Below are positions 60,556 to 64,000 of a DNA stretch of 64,000 nt, piece after piece. The DNA comes from Chiloscyllium plagiosum. Taxonomy: Eukaryota. How positions within the stretch are numbered: the first letter of the stretch is position 1; every line of letters begins with the position of its first letter. The notes under the pieces are model-generated. The model was given only the letters and a program-made list of their open reading frames with translations. It had not been told where the DNA came from and did no database searches. The stretch lies in assembly GCF_004010195.1 (NCBI RefSeq), contig NC_057719.1, positions 22,762,193-22,826,192 on the forward strand, in the 5' to 3' direction. The position numbers were made by a program, and so were the translations under genes.

Positions 60556-62015
60556 TCCATCAGTCCTTTCCACAGTTCTTCGAATATGGCATATGTATTT
60601 TTACTTTCAAATTCTCAGCAAACTTGAAATGAATGGACTACAGTTCATTTTTTCATGATAATTATGAGTATGTCAAACAAGTGATGGTTGGAATATTTTG
60701 TAAATTAACCACGTCAAATTACATGGTTCTCTGGCAGTGTCACATATGGCATTTGAGATCTAACAGTATTTCAGCTTCAAGAAGCTCAATTCCATGACTT
60801 ATTTGGAAGTTTGATTGCAGGTAAGTGAATTAGTGCACATTCCCTTACATTCAAATCCTCCTGAGAATATAGATACAACTCGACAGAGCCCAGACAAGCA
60901 CATCAGGTTACTGGAATAATGTTAATGGGTATGAATTTACCTTGAGTAAAGAATCAGAATGGAATTTAGATTTACCCTTCTCTGACAAAGCAGCAGAACA
61001 ATTGAGATGTAATTAAAGCTGCTCTGTACTCTTCAGCAATTGTTCATGTATGCCCTCGGCTGAAACAGAACATGAGTGTGTGTATAGTTCGTTGGCTTTG
61101 TAAAATGAAAAGGTGACATAGATTTGGTTTCAACGTGCAAACTACACAGTTATCAATTGAAACTGTTGCCTGTTTAATCCATTTTATAAAAAGTAATTTG
61201 GACTCTGATTAAATTGCAACACACTGTAATGTAATATATTTACCTTTTCAACTCTAATCAGGATAAGAAGCTGTCGTGTTTCAATACTCCAGGCCTTGGT
61301 ACATTAGGAACCAGAATAAATGATCCAACCCCTTGTGTTGCTATTCAGATAGATTTCCTTTTATCTGTTCTATTTAATTAAATTTACCTGGCTCTGGTTC
61401 ATATCTGTTGATGTCGTTGACTAGTAAAATTAATCAATTTCATTGGTGTAAAAATTCCAGATTTCTGTGTGAAAAAATACTTTCTGATTTCATTCCAGGA
61501 TTAGTCAAATAGAGTGTACTACCACATTGCAAAGCACTAGAAGGACACAATACTGAGGGCACACAGAGAAGATTCCTTTGTTTAATTCAGACCACAAGTG
61601 ACGTGATCTCTTTATACAGTGATTTGTTTAAAATTGCTGAATTGGTTTATTGTAGTAGCACCTTTATTTATGGGGTCAAATATTTGACATTTAAGCTCCA
61701 GTTTCGATTTGAGCTCACAATCTATAAACAGAAGTAGAGCTTCAATGCTGGAGACACCAGACTGAATCTTACCATAATTTTGGCTAAGTTCAAGTTGCAT
61801 TGAGTCTATTCGAGACTTTGTTACTACAAGACCTAATGAGTTTTCTCATTGCAGCTTACCAATTACTGTCCATGCCCCTGTCACCTTATCTATCTGCGTT
61901 CAAGCCCATCATACCACACACCATTTCCAGAACAATTCACCAATCAGCAGATACACACTATCTTTGGTGCCGAAGCTCCTCCCGCGAGCTAGCAGTGTAG
62001 GTGCTGACACTAGAC

Positions 62016-62123
62016 CATGCCTGGTCTGTGGTTGCCACTTGGGTCAGTACAGCCTCAGCTATCTGGAGGAGTCCCCAGCACTATAGGGAGATGGTCAACA
62101 TCCTTCTCCATGCCTTCACCAGG
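62016..62123 (+). mobile_element. Possible PIF/Harbinger-associated Myb/SANT-like exon remnant
   Basis: HAWSVVATWVSTASAIWRSPQHYREMVNILLHAFTR followed by gtaact resembles the AW..VA..V.......R...Q.RK..NDL pattern. Recognised by eye only. Confidence 0.3.
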
Positions 62124-62559
62124 GTAACTTGACTGAAGCCTGCTGACAACCATACTAAGCTTGCTCTCTTTTGTATGTGGTAAACTGCAAGGGAAGACAC
62201 CAGTAATATCAGCCAAGTATCTTCCGACTGAGATCAAAAATCAGAAAGAGACAAAGCAAGGCAATAAGAGGCAAGGATACTGTGAACATCTAGGTTGACT
62301 GAGTGAGTAGAACCTGGAGATGCAGCCTGGCCTAGTCCATAAACTGGTTCATGTCGCTGAGCACAAAGTTCCTTTGCAACAGCATTACAATGCAAGTTAG
62401 CTGTGCAGCACTGAAGTGCAGAAATGTCTTGTAAGTGGATGAGAAATGTGCCATGAGTGTTCATAGAGGTTGGAATTAATTTAATGTCGATGTCCATGGT
62501 TGTGCAGTGCAGTGCATGTGGTTGGTGGTCACGGAGTGTGGCCTAAGATGTTGCTGCCT

Positions 62560-63945
62560 GAATACCAACTTGAATATCATTAGGAGCAAGCTGCAAGCTG
62601 AATCTGCCACTGGAAAGGAAATAAATAACTTCCCAACAATAGCTGTAAATCAGGAATTGAAAGGGAGAAAGGAACTCAAAAAATTACAGCTACCAAGGAA
62701 GTAGAACTGAGTAAATTGTTGGAATTGTGAGTTGACAAATCCCCAATTCCTGACATAGTGTCTTAAAAGAAGCAGCCAGTGAAATAGTTGATTCATTAGT
62801 TTTAATTTTCCAAAAACTCATGAGATTCAGTGAAGGCACCTTTAAAGTGGAAAATAGCCAATGTACTTCCTTAATTCAAAAAGGGAGGGAGGCAGAAAAC
62901 AAGAAGCCTCAAGCCAGTTATTGTATCTGTCATAGGGAAAATGTCAGCGGTTAGTATTAAACACATTATAACAGAGTACTTGGCTATGTTCCAAGCAATC
63001 AGGCAGAGTGAACATAGTTTTGTCAAAGGGGAATCATATTTAACTAATTAATTGGAGTTCTTTGAAAATGTAACATGTAGATAAAGGAGAACCAGCAAGT
63101 ATTTTGTATTTGGATTCTCAGAAGGCATTTGATAAGATGCCATATCAAATGTTTTTGCAGAAAATAAAAGCTCATGATATCAGGGGACCATATTGACATG
63201 ATAGAAGATTAGCTTGCTAACAGGAAGCAAAGAGTTGGAATACGGAGGAATCTCGATTATTCAGCATTTATTGACCGGAATTCAATTAACCAAATGAAAT
63301 ACTCCCCACCCATGTCCTTTGGATAATCGAGGTTCCTGTGTATGTGGGTCTTTTTCAGGCTGGCCAATGTTATAAGCAGTGAGGTACAGGAGTTAGTGCT
63401 GGGGTCTCAACTCTTTACAATTACACAAATAATTTAGATGAAGGAATCAAATGTAAATTTTCTGATGACAAAGTTAGATAGGAAGGTAAATTATGAAGAG
63501 AACATAAGGAGCATAAAAAGGGATATAGCTGGCTTAACTGTGTGGGCAAAGATCTGGAAAATTCCACAATGCAGAAAAGTGTGAAATAGTCTATTTTGGA
63601 AGAAAGAATATAAAAGAAGAAAATTATCTAAATGGAGAGAATTTACAGAGCTCTGAGATTCAGAGAAAACTAGCTGTCCTAGAATGGCAGAAAGTTGGTA
63701 TGCAGGTACAGCAAGTAATCAGGAAAGTTAATGGAGTATTAAGCTATATTGTGGGGGAAATTGAATGCAAGATTTGGGAGGTTTTGGTTCAGTTAAACAG
63801 AGCATTGGAGACACCACATCTGAAGTAATGTGTACAGTCCAGGTCACCATACATATGGAAAGAGGTTAATGCATTGGGAGCCGTTCAAGGAAGGTTACCG
63901 CCTGGAATGTATAAATTGCTTTATGAGAAAAGGCTGGACAGATGT
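62560..63945 (+). mobile_element. Old, degraded CR1 ORF2
   Basis: tggaaaatagccaatgta..cc.taattcaaaaagggagg, attggagttctttgaa, ttggattctcagaaggcatttgataag, tttctgatgacaaa, aagtgtgaaatagtctattttgg. Confidence 0.8.
63243..63340. mobile_element. 98-bp pogo/Tigger-like (Tc1-mariner) MITE
   Basis: 18-bp imperfect TIRs cggaggaatctcgattat / ataatcgaggttcctgtg, TA duplication at 63241-63242 and 63341-63342, interrupting CR1 sequence. Confidence 0.8.
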
Positions 63946-64000
63946 TCAATGAAACATTGTTTACTTCAAAACTTTCGTGGGTAAAGATTTCACTCATTGA

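Noticed and set aside
60775..60820. Possible 46-nt exon ending in cag|gtaagt; shares tcaattccatgac with 7053-7065
   Set aside because: Poor polypyrimidine tract and unrecognised peptide. A 13-nt match between two sites is expected by chance in 64 kb.
1..64000. CRISPR array, prokaryotic operon or viral insert
   Set aside because: No regularly spaced repeat-spacer array and no gene-dense segment; all long ORFs are explained by eukaryotic retroelements.

Overview
Repeat-dense vertebrate genomic DNA, almost certainly from a shark or other elasmobranch. This is inferred from about ten HE1-type V-SINEs and their partner CR1 (HER1-like) LINEs. No intact host protein-coding gene, tRNA/rRNA gene or CRISPR array is supportable. 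Most of the window is nested retroelement debris: many CR1 LINE copies (one near full length with ORF1 and ORF2 at ~46.4-51.4 kb), Penelope-like elements (PLEs) with pseudo-LTRs, two Rex1/Babar LINEs, an L1, an RTE, a solo LTR, Deu-type and other tRNA-headed SINEs, and a TA-flanked pogo/Tigger-like MITE. Four N gaps (1159-1487, 20483-21041, 26619-27152, 50049-50616) all fall inside young repeats. The most notable observations are: (1) a ~135-bp fragment of mitochondrial malic enzyme (ME2) coding sequence patched into the 3' end of a PLE, replacing ~18 nt of it; (2) minimal hammerhead-ribozyme motifs with covarying stems in the PLE pseudo-LTRs; (3) a 5'-inverted (twin-primed) L1 whose junctions can be read at base level, plus a similarly inverted RTE; (4) a SINE family that appears built from both the 5' and 3' ends of a LINE found in the window. 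Repeat boundaries were read by eye and are approximate (tens of bp) unless junction bases are quoted. Family names come from recalled motifs, not database searches.
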